A DNA stretch of 49,514 bases from an uncultured Bifidobacterium sp. (lineage in GTDB: Bacteria; Bacteroidota; Bacteroidia; AKYH767-A; OLB10): the NCBI GenBank assembly GCA_964584995.1, contig CAZPCA010000002.1:1-49514 (forward strand). The letters run 5' to 3'. Below, piece by piece: positions 1 through 10,820 of this stretch (position 1 is the stretch's first letter; each line of letters starts with the position of its first letter). The notes below the pieces were generated by a model. That model did not search any database. It had not been told where the DNA came from and saw only the letters and a list, made by a program, of their open reading frames with translations. The position numbers and the translations under genes are program-made.

Positions 1-161
1 CCTATAACGAATCATTTACAAATAGAGAAATATTTTTTAAAGACTCAGGAATAGAAACGGCCTTATGAAGCTCCCCGAAACATACCCAAAAACCAGAAGT
101 CAAAATTCCTTACCCACTGAGTTTTCAGAGCATAGTAATCACGTCAGAAGAAGTTCAACTC

Positions 162-194
162 AAAAAAAATAGCCCCTGAATTTTTCAAGGGCTA
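162..194 (-). terminator. Rho-independent terminator at the end of the dcw-yqeY transcription unit
   Basis: On the minus strand, a hairpin (AGCCCTTG / CAGGGGCT, one mismatch) is followed by a T8 run. It lies about 35 nt after the yqeY stop at 230. Confidence 0.6.
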
Positions 195-229
195 TCCAGA
201 TTATCAGGTATCTCAACGAAACAAACTCA

Positions 230-688
230 TCAGGCACCTTTTGCCAGCAGTTCACGCACAATGGCAGAAACGATTTTATTGTCGGCTTTCCCGGCGAGTG
301 CCTTTGTGACAACGCCCATCACTTTACCCATTTCTGCTGGGCTCGCTGCACCCGTTGAGGCAATAGCCTGCTCAACAACCGACCGGATTTCGTCTTCGCC
401 CATCATGGCAGGAAGGTAGTGGGAAATGATGGCCACCTCTTCCATCTCAGGTCCGGCTAAATCATCGCGCCCCTGGGCTTTATAAATGTCAATCGACTCC
501 TGACGTTGCTTGACCAACTTTTGCAACATCCTTACTTCATCTTCATCACTGAGCTCTGACCCTCCCCCACTCGTTTTGGCGAGTAGAATCGCTGACTTAA
601 TCGCCCTGATGGCTCTCAGGCCTGCCTCGTTTTTAGCGAGCATGGCAGCTTTCAGATCCGCCATTATTTTTTGTTCCAGTCCAGCCAT
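230..688 (-). CDS. yqeY: GatB/YqeY domain-containing protein
   Basis: The 152-aa ORF has the typical YqeY pattern (LKxAMxAKD/N..L.A.R.IKSAILLA...LxKLVKQRxES..IY...GR.DLA..E). It starts 2 nt after the ftsZ stop. Confidence 0.85.
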   Translation of the reverse strand: MAGLEQKIMADLKAAMLAKNEAGLRAIRAIKSAILLAKTSGGGSELSDEDEVRMLQKLVKQRQESIDIYKAQGRDDLAGPEMEEVAIISHYLPAMMGEDEIRSVVEQAIASTGAASPAEMGKVMGVVTKALAGKADNKIVSAIVRELLAKGA

Positions 689-690
689 GA

Positions 691-2385
691 TCAGTCTACG
701 CGATCGTGTAAAAATTGATTATTCGGACGGATCTCCGGCTTGTTATCGTCCACAGAAAGGGTGTAGCGACTCACATTGGAATCCGACGATGCAGGCACAT
801 TGTCCAATTTGATATTTTTCCTTTTGAATGCCGGCTCACGCTCCATGTCGGCAAGGCCGTTTGGAGAGTTGATCCGCATGTTCACTTCTTTCAGTCGCAT
901 GATTCGCTCACGGGAACGCTGGTACATCTCCTCTTCGGCAGACATGGGCTGGCGCTCACCTGCATCGGACTTACCGGAAGCCGTCACCTCGCTGAAAAGA
1001 TCGTGGCGCACCACAGGCGACTCCTCCTGCTCTGCCACAGGCGTCGCCGTCACCGATTCCATTTGAATGGAAGGAGAAACAACCTCCTCTTCCATGGTGG
1101 ACAACTCCATTTCCAGCATCATCGCTTGCTCCTCTGCATTCTCCTCGTTCACTTCAGACTCGATTGCCGATACGAGCGTGATCTCTCTGAGCTCTTCTTC
1201 GTTCTCCGTCATGTCGTACAACTCAGCCGCAGACTCATCGCGGATGATGAGCACAGGCTCATTGCTCGACACGGTCTCCCTGGTTTCTACTACGGGCTCC
1301 GGGGCGGTAAAGACCGGCGGTGCCGGAGTGTTGTCTTCGAGCTTATGCACTATTTTCTCGGGCATTTTAGCCTGCGCCTGTACTTCTTGTCCGGTCATGA
1401 AACCGGTAGCGATGATGGTGACGCCCACCTTATCACCCAGGTTGGGATCTTCGCCAATACCCATGATGATATCGGCCGTCTGTCCTGCCTTCGCCTGGAT
1501 GAAATCGTTGATCTCTCCCACTTCATCCATGGTCACTTCAGCATTTCCGCTGGTGATATTCAGCAATATGTAACGCGCACCGGTGATTTCGCTATCGTTC
1601 AGGAGCGGAGAATCGAGTGCGGCCTCAGCAGCTCGTACAGCTCTGTTGTCTCCTTCTGCTGTTCCTGCGCCCATGATAGCCACACCGCTGTCTTTCAAAA
1701 CGGTCTGTATATCCGCAAAGTCAGTGCTGATGTGCATGGTGTTGGTGATGATTTCCGCTATGCTGCGCGCAGCCACTGTCAGCACATCGTCTGCATGGCC
1801 GAAGGCAACCCTAAGATTGAGGTTACCGTGGATTTCACGCAATTTATCGTTGCAGATGATGATCAGGGCATCAACATTCTTTTTCATTTCCTCTATGCCG
1901 GCCTCTGCCTGAAGCTTACGCTTGCGGCCCTCAAAAGCGAAAGGAACAGTAACGATACCCACCGTCAAAATGCCGAGCTCGCGTGCAAGCCCTGCGATGA
2001 TCGGAGCAGCACCAGTACCGGTACCTCCACCCATACCTGCAGTGATGAATGCCATGCGCGTATTGTCGCCCAGAATGCGATGGAACTCATCCAAGTTCTC
2101 AGCTACAGCCTGCTTGCCGACTTCGGGAATGGCACCGGCGCCCATGCCCTGCGTGAGACCGGGACCGAGCTGGATACGGGTAGGAACAGGACTGATGGCA
2201 AGTGCCTTTGCATCCGTATTGCAAACGATAAAATCGACACCGATGATTCCCTGACGGTACATGTGATTGACAGCATTGCTGCCACCGCCACCGACACCGA
2301 TTACTTTGATAATCGGACTTTCTTCTTTGGCAAGATCAAAAGGGATAAGAGAGGGCTTGTTCATTGGCATTTCGTATGGATTCAT
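691..2385 (-). CDS. ftsZ: Cell division protein FtsZ (564 aa, long acidic C-terminal linker)
   Basis: Tubulin signature GGGTGTG, N-terminal IKVIGVGGGGSNAVNHM, and Bacteroidota-type C-terminal tail NNQFLHDRVD. I chose the ATG at 2385 (MNPYEMPMNKP...) because the upstream part of the ORF overlaps the ftsA 3' end. Confidence 0.95.
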   Translation of the reverse strand: MNPYEMPMNKPSLIPFDLAKEESPIIKVIGVGGGGSNAVNHMYRQGIIGVDFIVCNTDAKALAISPVPTRIQLGPGLTQGMGAGAIPEVGKQAVAENLDEFHRILGDNTRMAFITAGMGGGTGTGAAPIIAGLARELGILTVGIVTVPFAFEGRKRKLQAEAGIEEMKKNVDALIIICNDKLREIHGNLNLRVAFGHADDVLTVAARSIAEIITNTMHISTDFADIQTVLKDSGVAIMGAGTAEGDNRAVRAAEAALDSPLLNDSEITGARYILLNITSGNAEVTMDEVGEINDFIQAKAGQTADIIMGIGEDPNLGDKVGVTIIATGFMTGQEVQAQAKMPEKIVHKLEDNTPAPPVFTAPEPVVETRETVSSNEPVLIIRDESAAELYDMTENEEELREITLVSAIESEVNEENAEEQAMMLEMELSTMEEEVVSPSIQMESVTATPVAEQEESPVVRHDLFSEVTASGKSDAGERQPMSAEEEMYQRSRERIMRLKEVNMRINSPNGLADMEREPAFKRKNIKLDNVPASSDSNVSRYTLSVDDNKPEIRPNNQFLHDRVD

Positions 2386-2428
2386 GATTGAGAAATAGTG
2401 TTTATTGAAGAATGTTTCGGTACGTGAT

Positions 2429-3715
2429 TTATATTTTATCGTCCTGGTCATCGCCCAGGATTTCTGTATTGAAAATACTCTTCCACCAGGGATCTTTTCT
2501 GGCGGCTTTAACAACCTGTGTATCCGGTGTTTGGGGCTGACGATCACCGTGTTTCCTTTGGCTTTCCAAGTCCTGAAGTCCTTTGATGACAAGTCCTACA
2601 CCGGTGGCATACATCGGACTTTTCACTTCGTCCATGCCCTTGCCCAGGTGCTCGTTGGGATATCCGATGCGGGTATCCATACCCGTTATATATTCCACCA
2701 GCTGAGTGATGTGACGCAACTGTGATCCTCCGCCGGTGATGACTATACCGGCGATAAGTTTCTTCTCAAACCCGGAGCTCTTGATTTCATAATAGACGCT
2801 CTCGATGATCTCTTCCATCCGCGCCTGTATGATGGAGGCCAGATTCTTGACAGATATCTCTTTGGGCTCCCTGCCACGAAGGCCAGGAATGGAAACGATT
2901 TCATTGTCTTTCATCTGACGGGCAAGCGCTGAACCGAATTTGGTTTTCAGCAGCTCTGCCTGGTTACGGATGATAGAGCATCCCTCTTTGATGTCGTCGG
3001 TGATGACATTCCCGCCAAAAGGAATGACGGCCGTATGCCGGATGATTCCATCCTGGAAAATGGCAATATCCGTCGTACCTCCTCCGATATCCACCAGCAC
3101 TACTCCGGCTTCTTTCTCTTCAGCGGTAAGCACCGCCTCCGCAGAGGCAAGAGGCTCCAGGATGATGTCAACGGTTCGCAGACCCGCTTTGGTGACGCAT
3201 TTCTGAATATTGTTTGCAGCCGTGATCAGTCCAGTGATGATATGACAATTCGCCTCCAGCCGTATACCCGACATCCCGATAGGCTCCTTGATGCCCTGCT
3301 CATTGTCGACGATATACTCCTGAGGTATGACATGGATGATTTCCTCACCCGGTGGCATCGCCAGCTTGTACATGTCCTTGATGATTGCATCGATATCGCG
3401 CTGACTGATTTCATCGTTCGTCCCTGTACGGGTGATCATACCACGATGCTGCATGCTTTTGATATGCTGACCGGCAATGCCTACATGTACGTCGCTGATT
3501 TCGACTCCTGATTTAGCTTCAGCTTCGGAAACCGCCTCCCGAATGGAGGCCACGGTTTTTTCGATATTGGCCACAACACCCCGCATCACACCCAAGGACT
3601 CCGAACGCCCCATGCCCATTACCTCCACCTTGCCGTGCTCGTTTCTGCGCCCTACAATGGCGGCGATTTTGGTAGTGCCTATGTCAAGACCAACGATTAT
3701 ATCCGAATTTTCCAT
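2429..3715 (-). CDS. ftsA: Cell division protein FtsA
   Basis: Actin-like ATPase motifs (VGLDIGTTKIAAIVG, VLVDIGGGTTDIAIF, ITGGGSQL). It sits between ftsQ and ftsZ. Confidence 0.95.
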   Translation of the reverse strand: MENSDIIVGLDIGTTKIAAIVGRRNEHGKVEVMGMGRSESLGVMRGVVANIEKTVASIREAVSEAEAKSGVEISDVHVGIAGQHIKSMQHRGMITRTGTNDEISQRDIDAIIKDMYKLAMPPGEEIIHVIPQEYIVDNEQGIKEPIGMSGIRLEANCHIITGLITAANNIQKCVTKAGLRTVDIILEPLASAEAVLTAEEKEAGVVLVDIGGGTTDIAIFQDGIIRHTAVIPFGGNVITDDIKEGCSIIRNQAELLKTKFGSALARQMKDNEIVSIPGLRGREPKEISVKNLASIIQARMEEIIESVYYEIKSSGFEKKLIAGIVITGGGSQLRHITQLVEYITGMDTRIGYPNEHLGKGMDEVKSPMYATGVGLVIKGLQDLESQRKHGDRQPQTPDTQVVKAARKDPWWKSIFNTEILGDDQDDKI

Positions 3716-4530
3716 TAAAATTTTGTTTTTGAGCAGACAACCTGGTCCTTGTATTTCAGATTGATTAAATGGTAGTTGTTCCAGCCAATCTTGTTCAGCC
3801 CATCCCGGTAAAAAACCATAAGGTTTCTGAACTTCTTGGTAAGGTCCGTGGTATCACCCAGCAAAATCCTGTGATGCCCCACCCGGGGTATCAGCTCCAA
3901 CTCCTGGTATTCGTTCACGTAGATTTGTTCGGCATTGCCGGACCAGAAAGTATCTGCCTGAATGAAGGATGCCAGCGTGTAAACCTGGTCAATGGTCCGC
4001 GAAAGTGGGCGTAAAAGCGAATCACCCTGATGGAAATTGTATCCGACCTTCATCTCGGCGTAGGTATTGAAAATGTAGCCGGAAGCCACCACTACCGGAG
4101 AGGTGTAAGTCTCTGATAATGGCATGAATGCACCCATTCTATCGATATAGAACTGCTCGTCGTTCCGGTTGATTATTCGCACAATTGGGTTCCTTTGTTT
4201 CAGGTCGATATGCACCTTTCCACCAATCGCTGAATATACTTCTACATCTTCAACATAGGGGTTGGAAAGAATTATTTTTTCCAACAACGCAGTGTTAATG
4301 TTTCCTACTGGTTTTCCCACTATATTACCCTTGCTATTGGCCAGCTTGAGCAAATCGGATTCCAGCACGAATTCATGTCCCAGGTCCTCTCGCATCGTGA
4401 CTTCGACCGACGTGCAACGAAGCTCGTGTTGTTTTTGGGATACAAACCCCAGTAAAGTGATGAGAGCCAGCGTGAACAAACTCCAGCCGGCAACGATGGC
4501 AATCCTTCTTATTTTACCCTTGCTATTCAT
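3715..4530 (-). CDS. ftsQ: Cell division protein FtsQ/DivIB-like
   Basis: 271 aa with an N-terminal TM helix followed by POTRA-like and FtsQ-type regions. Synteny is murC-ftsQ-ftsA, with 4-nt and 1-nt overlaps with the neighbours. Confidence 0.8.
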   Translation of the reverse strand: MNSKGKIRRIAIVAGWSLFTLALITLLGFVSQKQHELRCTSVEVTMREDLGHEFVLESDLLKLANSKGNIVGKPVGNINTALLEKIILSNPYVEDVEVYSAIGGKVHIDLKQRNPIVRIINRNDEQFYIDRMGAFMPLSETYTSPVVVASGYIFNTYAEMKVGYNFHQGDSLLRPLSRTIDQVYTLASFIQADTFWSGNAEQIYVNEYQELELIPRVGHHRILLGDTTDLTKKFRNLMVFYRDGLNKIGWNNYHLINLKYKDQVVCSKTKF

Positions 4531-5924
4531 ATTTCCTGCAACATCTTTTTAATGGGTAACACCAATTGGTCTATATCTCCGGCACCCAGCGTCAATAAGA
4601 CTTCCGGCTTTTGCGCACGGATTTCAGCCAACAATTCATCCCTGGATATAAGGTGCCGCTCCCGGATAGTCATTCTATTGAAGATGATACCTGCATCGAC
4701 CCCTGGAATAGGCTCCTCTCTGGCGGGATATATCGCAAGCAAGTAACAACAGTCCAGCAGACTCAGCGCTTCTGCGAAGCCGTCGGCGAAGTCGCGGGTG
4801 CGGGAGTAAAGATGGGGTTGAAAGACGCCGGTTATCTTTTTACCCGGGAAGAGCTCTCTGGCCGAAAGTATCGCAGCACGCAGTTCCTCAGGATGATGGG
4901 CGTAATCATCGATGTAAACGGTTTCGGCAGAATGGATGTGGCATTCAAAGCGCCGCTGCACTCCTTTGTAACTGGAAAGCCCCAGCTGCAGCGATGCGAT
5001 ATCGGTACCGGTTTCGAGGACAAGTGCGGCGGCGGCAACAGCGTTTTCCACGTTGTGCCTGCCCGGGAGACCTAGCGTTAGGCCCTCTATGGTGTAACCG
5101 GGTGTCACCAGATCGAATACATAGCGTCCATCCTTCACAACTACATTCACACCGCGGTAGTCAGCATCGCTATCTGTCAGCGAATAGCGGATCTGCTTCG
5201 CCGTAGTAAAACCTATATCGAGTCCAGACTTTACAACAACGAAGCCTGCAGCATCGACCTGCGAAGCGAACAGTCGGTAATTCCGGTGCATCTCCTCCTT
5301 GCTACCATAGATATCGAGATGATCTGGATCCATAGAGGTAATGATGGCCGCTGCCGGATAAAGGGTCAGGAACGAACGGTCGAATTCGTCAGCCTCCACA
5401 ACAATCTCATGGTCTGACTGGTCAGGCCGACCGTTCAGGAGATTAGAGTTCAGGTTCACACTGATGCCCCCCAGGAATGCACTCACATTACGGCCGGCAA
5501 CGGACAAAATGTGCGCGAGTATCGAAGAAGTGGTGGTCTTACCGTGGGTGCCCGCCACACCATAGGTGGTTTGACCTTCAGTGATTAGACCCAGCACCTG
5601 CGAACGCTTCAACACAGCGTAGTTGTGTTCCCGAAAATAATTGAGGCCGGTATGATGCGCAGGTACTGCCGGTGTGAGCACTACGAGGGTGTCGCCTACT
5701 GCATTTCCTGTTTTGAATGCCTGCGGTATGGCATCAACGTGGTCTTCAAAAGAAATTTCCATGCCCTCCCTTTGCAAGGCATCGGTGAGCGGCGTGGCCG
5801 TCTTATCATACCCTGCTACCCTCTTTCCGCTGGCAAGAAAATAACGGGCGATCGCACTCATCCCAATCCCTCCTATGCCGAGAAAATAGACTTGCTTGAC
5901 CGACTGCCAGTTCATCGCCATCAC
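4527..5924 (-). CDS. murC: UDP-N-acetylmuramate--L-alanine ligase
   Basis: Mur ligase motifs (GIGGIGMSAIA, GVAGTHGKTTTSS, DDYAHHPEE) and dcw position. Confidence 0.95.
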   Translation of the reverse strand: MMAMNWQSVKQVYFLGIGGIGMSAIARYFLASGKRVAGYDKTATPLTDALQREGMEISFEDHVDAIPQAFKTGNAVGDTLVVLTPAVPAHHTGLNYFREHNYAVLKRSQVLGLITEGQTTYGVAGTHGKTTTSSILAHILSVAGRNVSAFLGGISVNLNSNLLNGRPDQSDHEIVVEADEFDRSFLTLYPAAAIITSMDPDHLDIYGSKEEMHRNYRLFASQVDAAGFVVVKSGLDIGFTTAKQIRYSLTDSDADYRGVNVVVKDGRYVFDLVTPGYTIEGLTLGLPGRHNVENAVAAAALVLETGTDIASLQLGLSSYKGVQRRFECHIHSAETVYIDDYAHHPEELRAAILSARELFPGKKITGVFQPHLYSRTRDFADGFAEALSLLDCCYLLAIYPAREEPIPGVDAGIIFNRMTIRERHLISRDELLAEIRAQKPEVLLTLGAGDIDQLVLPIKKMLQEI

Positions 5925-7045
5925 GCCTCCGATTTTTGAACAAGTGATAACACGTGAAGGGCAATTTCGTGAGCAGCATCCGGCTTCGCCAAGTGAGCAA
6001 TATTCTCCGATAAACTCTGCTGCCTATCGTTGTCCCGCATCAGGTCGATAGCCGTGGCTACAAGCGCTGCAGGAGCATCCGAATCATTTACCAGCAATGC
6101 GGCATGCTGCTGCACAAGTGAAAGACAATTGTGGGTTTGGTGGTCTTCCGCTGCGGTAGGCAATGGAACCATGATAGCGGGTTTCCTAACTATACAGAGC
6201 TCTGAAACGGTGCTCGCTCCTGCCCTGGTGACTACCACGTTTGCCAGGGCATAAGCGAGATCCATTCGGGGAATGAAATCCATGGCTTTTATGCGTGTAG
6301 CTCCCAACTGGCGTATAGCGGATTGTGCTTCATCCAAAAATGGCTTTCCCGTCTGCCAGAGTACCTGAAAGCCGGCTTCGTTCAGTTTTGATAAGCCATC
6401 GCAAATGGCCCTGTTGATACTACGCGCACCCTGACTTCCACCCACAATCAAGAGCGTAGGTTGCCCGGCATCCAATCCGAAAAAGGTGGATGCTTCGGCT
6501 TCCTTGCCCTGTATGTTGCGAATGTCGGCCCTTACAGGGTTTCCGGTGAATATCAGTTTATCCGCAGGAAAAAAGCGGTCCATTCCTTCGTAGGCTACGC
6601 AGATTTTTTGTGCACGCTTCGCCAGTAATTTATTCGTTATGCCCGGATAGGAATTTTGCTCCTGTATCAGCGCAGGAATACCACGTCGGGTTGCCATATA
6701 CAGCAAGGGGCCACTGGCATATCCTCCTACGCCCACCGCCACATCGGGATGGAATTCCTTTAAAACCTGGGCGGCCTTTCGCAAACTCCGCATCAGTTTC
6801 AGGGGGAAGGAGAAATTATCCAGACTCAACTCCCGTTTGATACCTGCGATGGGCAGACCTATGATGGTATAACCCGCTGCAGGTACTTTCTCCATTTCCA
6901 TCTTGCCCTCTGCTCCTACGAACAAGATCTCTACATCGGGACGAGCAGCCTTCAAGGCATTGGCAATGGCAATGGCCGGGAAAATATGCCCGCCGGTACC
7001 GCCACCGCTGATGACCACTCTGATATTTTTATCACGCTGCCGCAA
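5921..7045 (-). CDS. murG: Undecaprenyldiphospho-muramoylpentapeptide beta-N-acetylglucosaminyltransferase
   Basis: ISGGGTGGHIFPAIA N-terminal motif, GT28 fold pattern (GGSQGA), and dcw position. Confidence 0.95.
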   Translation of the reverse strand: MRQRDKNIRVVISGGGTGGHIFPAIAIANALKAARPDVEILFVGAEGKMEMEKVPAAGYTIIGLPIAGIKRELSLDNFSFPLKLMRSLRKAAQVLKEFHPDVAVGVGGYASGPLLYMATRRGIPALIQEQNSYPGITNKLLAKRAQKICVAYEGMDRFFPADKLIFTGNPVRADIRNIQGKEAEASTFFGLDAGQPTLLIVGGSQGARSINRAICDGLSKLNEAGFQVLWQTGKPFLDEAQSAIRQLGATRIKAMDFIPRMDLAYALANVVVTRAGASTVSELCIVRKPAIMVPLPTAAEDHQTHNCLSLVQQHAALLVNDSDAPAALVATAIDLMRDNDRQQSLSENIAHLAKPDAAHEIALHVLSLVQKSEA

Positions 7046-8189
7046 CTTGTGTCTTGTTGGGAGATTCGTTTTTCTCTATTGCACTGCTGACGCTGAGGAT
7101 GATGCCTAATGCAAGACTGGTGAACCAGATGGAAGTACCGCCCATACTGAGCATAGGCAGTGGTTGACCGGTCACAGGAAACAGATTGACAGCAACCGCC
7201 ATGTTGATCAATGCCTGAAATACGAGACTGAATGCACAGCCTATCGTTATCATCGCCGCGAATGCCCTTTCGGTCCGTTTGACAATCTGCAGTGCTCGGT
7301 AAAACAATAGCAAGTATAAAAACACCACCATCGCTCCACCCAGGAGTCCGTACTCTTCGATGATGATGGCGAAGATGAAATCTGAATAGGGATGAGGAAG
7401 GAAATTTCGCTGTGTGCTGTTGCCGGGTCCTTTGCCGACTATTCCGCCTGTTGCGATGGCAATCTTCGCCTGTTCGACCTGATAGTTCGTTTCAGCTTCC
7501 CCGCTGAAGAAATTCTCCACCCTGGCCTTCCAGGTTGAAATTCGTCCGTCATACCCCGCTGCCCATGAAATCAACAGAAACAGACTGAACAGTACTACTG
7601 CGATTCCAATCATACCTGCAATATATTTAACACTGATCCTGCCAATGAACATCAATACAATGCATGTAGTGAACAGTACAGCAGCGGTTGAAAAATTGGC
7701 CGGCAATATCAAGCCGCAGACCAATGCCACAGGAATGATGATGGGAACGAAAGCACTCCGAAAATCCTTGATTGTGTCCTGTTTCTTGGAAAGCACACGG
7801 GCCACATAGAGTATCAATGCCACCTTGGCAAGATCGGATGTCTGAAAAGACATGCCGATGATAGGTAACGTGAGCCATCTGCTCGCCTCGTTTATATTGC
7901 TGCCCAAGAGCAGCGTCATGAACAAAAGCGGGATGGCAATGATAACAGACAAGGTGGCTGCCCGGGCGTAAACGGTGTACTTGATAAAATGAAACAAATA
8001 CATCAGGCCAAAACCCATGATCATGATGATACCATGCTTGAAGAGATAATACTCCGTATTACCCGACTGGTATTTATACGCCAGTGTACCGGTTGAACTG
8101 TACACGGCCAGAATACTCACAATGCTGAGTAAGATGACAATCAACCAGATTGTCCTGTCTCCTTTGAAATACGTCTCCAACCAGGTCAT
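7032..8189 (-). CDS. ftsW: FtsW/RodA/SpoVE family peptidoglycan glycosyltransferase (FtsW by context)
   Basis: 385-aa polytopic membrane protein with SEDS motifs (LPHPYSDFIFAIIIEEYG, PLPMLSMGGTS). It lies between murD and murG. Confidence 0.9.
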   Translation of the reverse strand: MTWLETYFKGDRTIWLIVILLSIVSILAVYSSTGTLAYKYQSGNTEYYLFKHGIIMIMGFGLMYLFHFIKYTVYARAATLSVIIAIPLLFMTLLLGSNINEASRWLTLPIIGMSFQTSDLAKVALILYVARVLSKKQDTIKDFRSAFVPIIIPVALVCGLILPANFSTAAVLFTTCIVLMFIGRISVKYIAGMIGIAVVLFSLFLLISWAAGYDGRISTWKARVENFFSGEAETNYQVEQAKIAIATGGIVGKGPGNSTQRNFLPHPYSDFIFAIIIEEYGLLGGAMVVFLYLLLFYRALQIVKRTERAFAAMITIGCAFSLVFQALINMAVAVNLFPVTGQPLPMLSMGGTSIWFTSLALGIILSVSSAIEKNESPNKTQVAAA

Positions 8190-8206
8190 CGCCGCTTTTT
8201 TAAAGA

Positions 8207-9553
8207 TCAGAGGTTTCTTACTGCCGCTTTGAACTTACGTCCACGGTCTTCGTAGTTCTCGAATAAATCAAAGCTGGCACATGCGGGAGACAATAATACC
8301 GCATCTCCTTTCTTGCCGAGACGATAAGCGGCCTGCACGGCCTCCTCTGCAGAACCTGTTTCAACAATCTCAGGCACTAAGTCACCGAATGCCTCGATGA
8401 GTTTATTGTTGTCGACTCCCATGCATACCAATGCTTTCACGCGTGACTTGACCAAGTCTTTGAGCATATCGTAATCGTTTCCTTTGTCAACTCCTCCGGC
8501 AATCCAGATGACCGGCTTTTCCATGCTCTCAAGAGCATACCAGGTGGAATTCACATTGGTCGCTTTGGAATCATTGATGAAATCAATGCCATGCACGGCC
8601 GTCACGAATTCCAGGCGGTGCTCGATGTTTTCGAAATCGGTAAAACTTTCGCGTACGACATCTTTACGTATTTCGAGAATACGCCCGGCAATGCCGGCAG
8701 CCATTGAATTGTAAAGGTTGTGTTTTCCTTGCAGAGCCAGTTCGTGAATGGACATAGATAGAGTTTGGTTATGGGTTTGAATACAAAGAGAGTTGTCCTC
8801 CATCCATGCACTCATGCCGTCCTTCTGCTTAATGCTGAAGGGGTAGAGTTGCATAACAGGACGGAGGGTGTTCAGGTGTGCCATGGTGATTTCATCGTCG
8901 GCACAGTAGATAAAGGCATCGTCTGCAGTCTGATTTTGCAGAATACGGAATTTGGAATCGACATACTTCTGCAGCTGGTAATCGTAGCGATCCAGATGGT
9001 CAGGAGTGATATTGGTGAGGATGGCTATATCGGCACGAAAATCATAGCACCCATCGAGTTGAAAACTGGACAATTCGAGCACATAATAATCATGCTGCGC
9101 AGTGGCTACCTGTCGGGCAAAACTTTTTCCAACATTGCCTCCAAGTCCGACGTTGAGGCCCGCCTTTTTCAGCAGATGATAAGTGAGCAAGGTGGTTGTG
9201 GTCTTGCCGTTGGTACCAGTAATACATACCAGCTTCGCATCCGTATGCCGCGCAGCGAATTCTATTTCGGATACTACCGGGACCCCTTGCTCCTTCAGTT
9301 GACGGATCAGGGGGGCTTTATCGGGAATTCCTGGACTCTTCACCACAAGGGTCGCATCCGAAAGGATGCGCTCAGTATGGCCACCCTGCTCATAAGGAAT
9401 ACCCAGTTGTTCCAACTCCTGCTGGTACTTCCCTGCAATAGCACCTGCATCCGACACAAACACCTCCAAGCCGAGCTTCTTCGCGAGCACAGCTGCGCCA
9501 ACACCGCTTTCAGCAGCTCCTAAAACGAGTATTTTCGCCCTGTGCTTTTCCAT
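8207..9553 (-). CDS. murD: UDP-N-acetylmuramoylalanine--D-glutamate ligase
   Basis: Mur ligase P-loop ITGTNGKTTTT, the DSKATN motif and dcw position. Confidence 0.95.
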   Translation of the reverse strand: MEKHRAKILVLGAAESGVGAAVLAKKLGLEVFVSDAGAIAGKYQQELEQLGIPYEQGGHTERILSDATLVVKSPGIPDKAPLIRQLKEQGVPVVSEIEFAARHTDAKLVCITGTNGKTTTTLLTYHLLKKAGLNVGLGGNVGKSFARQVATAQHDYYVLELSSFQLDGCYDFRADIAILTNITPDHLDRYDYQLQKYVDSKFRILQNQTADDAFIYCADDEITMAHLNTLRPVMQLYPFSIKQKDGMSAWMEDNSLCIQTHNQTLSMSIHELALQGKHNLYNSMAAGIAGRILEIRKDVVRESFTDFENIEHRLEFVTAVHGIDFINDSKATNVNSTWYALESMEKPVIWIAGGVDKGNDYDMLKDLVKSRVKALVCMGVDNNKLIEAFGDLVPEIVETGSAEEAVQAAYRLGKKGDAVLLSPACASFDLFENYEDRGRKFKAAVRNL

Positions 9554-9560
9554 TTTGCCG

Positions 9561-10817
9561 TTAACGCAATTTCAGTGTGACGACACTCAATACAGCCAGC
9601 ATGATTCCAACAATCCAGAAGCGCGTAACGATTTTAGATTCATGGTAACCCAGCTTCTGGTAGTGATGGTGTAGCGGTGACATCTTGAGGATTCTTCTTC
9701 CCTCACCGTATTTCTTTTTGGTGTATTTGAAATAACTCACCTGCACCATGACAGATAAATTTTCGACGAGGAAAACGCCACAGATGATCGGTATCAGTAA
9801 TTCCTTCCGTATGGCGATAGCGAAAACTGCGATAATTCCGCCCAATGCAAGGCTACCGGTATCTCCCATGAAAACCTGCGCAGGATAGGAATTGTACCAT
9901 AGAAATCCGACGCAGGCACCCACGAATGCACTCATGAACACCACCAATTCACCCGTATTGGGGATATACATGATGTTCAGGTAATCGGCGAAGACGGCAT
10001 TACCGGAGACATAAGCGAAAATTGCTAGGGTTGTACCGATGATTGCACTTGTTCCTGTTGCGAGCCCGTCAATTCCGTCGGTGATATTGGCACCGTTCGA
10101 CACGGCGGTAATGATGAAGGTGACAATCAAGACGAATAGCAAAGGCAATAGCCACAATTGACGAGAACCTGCCCAATCGATCAAACTGGCATAATCGAAT
10201 TCATTGTTTTTCAAAAACGGAATCGTGGTCTTCGTAGACTTTTCGTTCAAGCCGGAGAATAGAATACCTTCTGAATCCTTCAGGTCATCGATGATGGTGC
10301 TGCGTGACTGAACGACTATTTCTGCATTTTCGATTTTTTCGCGGACCACCACATGAGGATTGAAGTACAAAATGCTGCCAATGATCAAGCCCAACCCGAC
10401 CTGTCCCACGAGTTTGGACTTCGCTCTTAAACCTTCCTTGTCTTTTTTGAAAACCTTTATATAATCATCGAGGAATCCGATAAAACCAAGCCAAAGTGTG
10501 CTGATGATCATGATAACGATATAGACGTTATCCAGTCGCGTAAACAATAACGTAGGAATCAGTATCGCTGCAATGATGAGCAAACCGCCCATGGTAGGTG
10601 TACCCTGCTTTTCTTTCTGGCCCTCCAATCCAAGGTCACGGATGGTCTCACCCACCTGCAACTTAAGGAGCCAGGCTATAATTCGCTTACCAAGGAACAA
10701 CGAAATGATCAGCGAAGTGATGATGGCCATAGCCGCCCTGAACGAAAGAAAGCGGAACACGCCAGCGCCAGGGAGGTCGTAGGTTTTATCGAGGTATTCA
10801 AAGAGGTAATAGAGCAT
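9561..10817 (-). CDS. mraY: Phospho-N-acetylmuramoyl-pentapeptide-transferase
   Basis: Polytopic membrane protein with MraY motifs (Kx[36 protein letters not shown]). Confidence 0.95.
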   Translation of the reverse strand: MLYYLFEYLDKTYDLPGAGVFRFLSFRAAMAIITSLIISLFLGKRIIAWLLKLQVGETIRDLGLEGQKEKQGTPTMGGLLIIAAILIPTLLFTRLDNVYIVIMIISTLWLGFIGFLDDYIKVFKKDKEGLRAKSKLVGQVGLGLIIGSILYFNPHVVVREKIENAEIVVQSRSTIIDDLKDSEGILFSGLNEKSTKTTIPFLKNNEFDYASLIDWAGSRQLWLLPLLFVLIVTFIITAVSNGANITDGIDGLATGTSAIIGTTLAIFAYVSGNAVFADYLNIMYIPNTGELVVFMSAFVGACVGFLWYNSYPAQVFMGDTGSLALGGIIAVFAIAIRKELLIPIICGVFLVENLSVMVQVSYFKYTKKKYGEGRRILKMSPLHHHYQKLGYHESKIVTRFWIVGIMLAVLSVVTLKLR

Positions 10818-10820
10818 GTT

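Noticed and set aside
691-1300. The very long acidic Glu-rich C-terminal linker of FtsZ (about 200 aa), considered as a possible fusion or insertion.
   Set aside because: Long, disordered, acidic linkers ending in the conserved ...FLHD.VD peptide are common in Bacteroidota FtsZ. The frame is continuous and the terminal peptide is intact.
715-2391. A 558-codon stop-free ORF antisense to ftsZ. Similar long antisense ORFs occur at 8765-9523 (murD), 23285-24046 (M20 amidohydrolase), 30786-31394 (pdxJ) and 43341-43991 (ppiD).
   Set aside because: Their translations are Arg/His/Cys/Leu-rich low-plausibility sequences with no recognisable motifs. Each lies entirely inside a strongly supported conserved gene on the other strand. 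They are most simply explained as shadow frames caused by the codon bias of the sense genes.
2386-2592. N-terminal extensions of the ORF track for ftsZ (to 2592), murE (to 12485), mraZ (to 16186), the acyltransferase (from 16423), the amidohydrolase (from 22853), the porin-like gene (to 46670) and the DUF6089 paralogs.
   Set aside because: The extensions overlap the upstream gene or non-coding DNA and lack family-like sequence. Internal ATG codons give native-looking N-termini or signal peptides with tidy 1-4-nt operon junctions.
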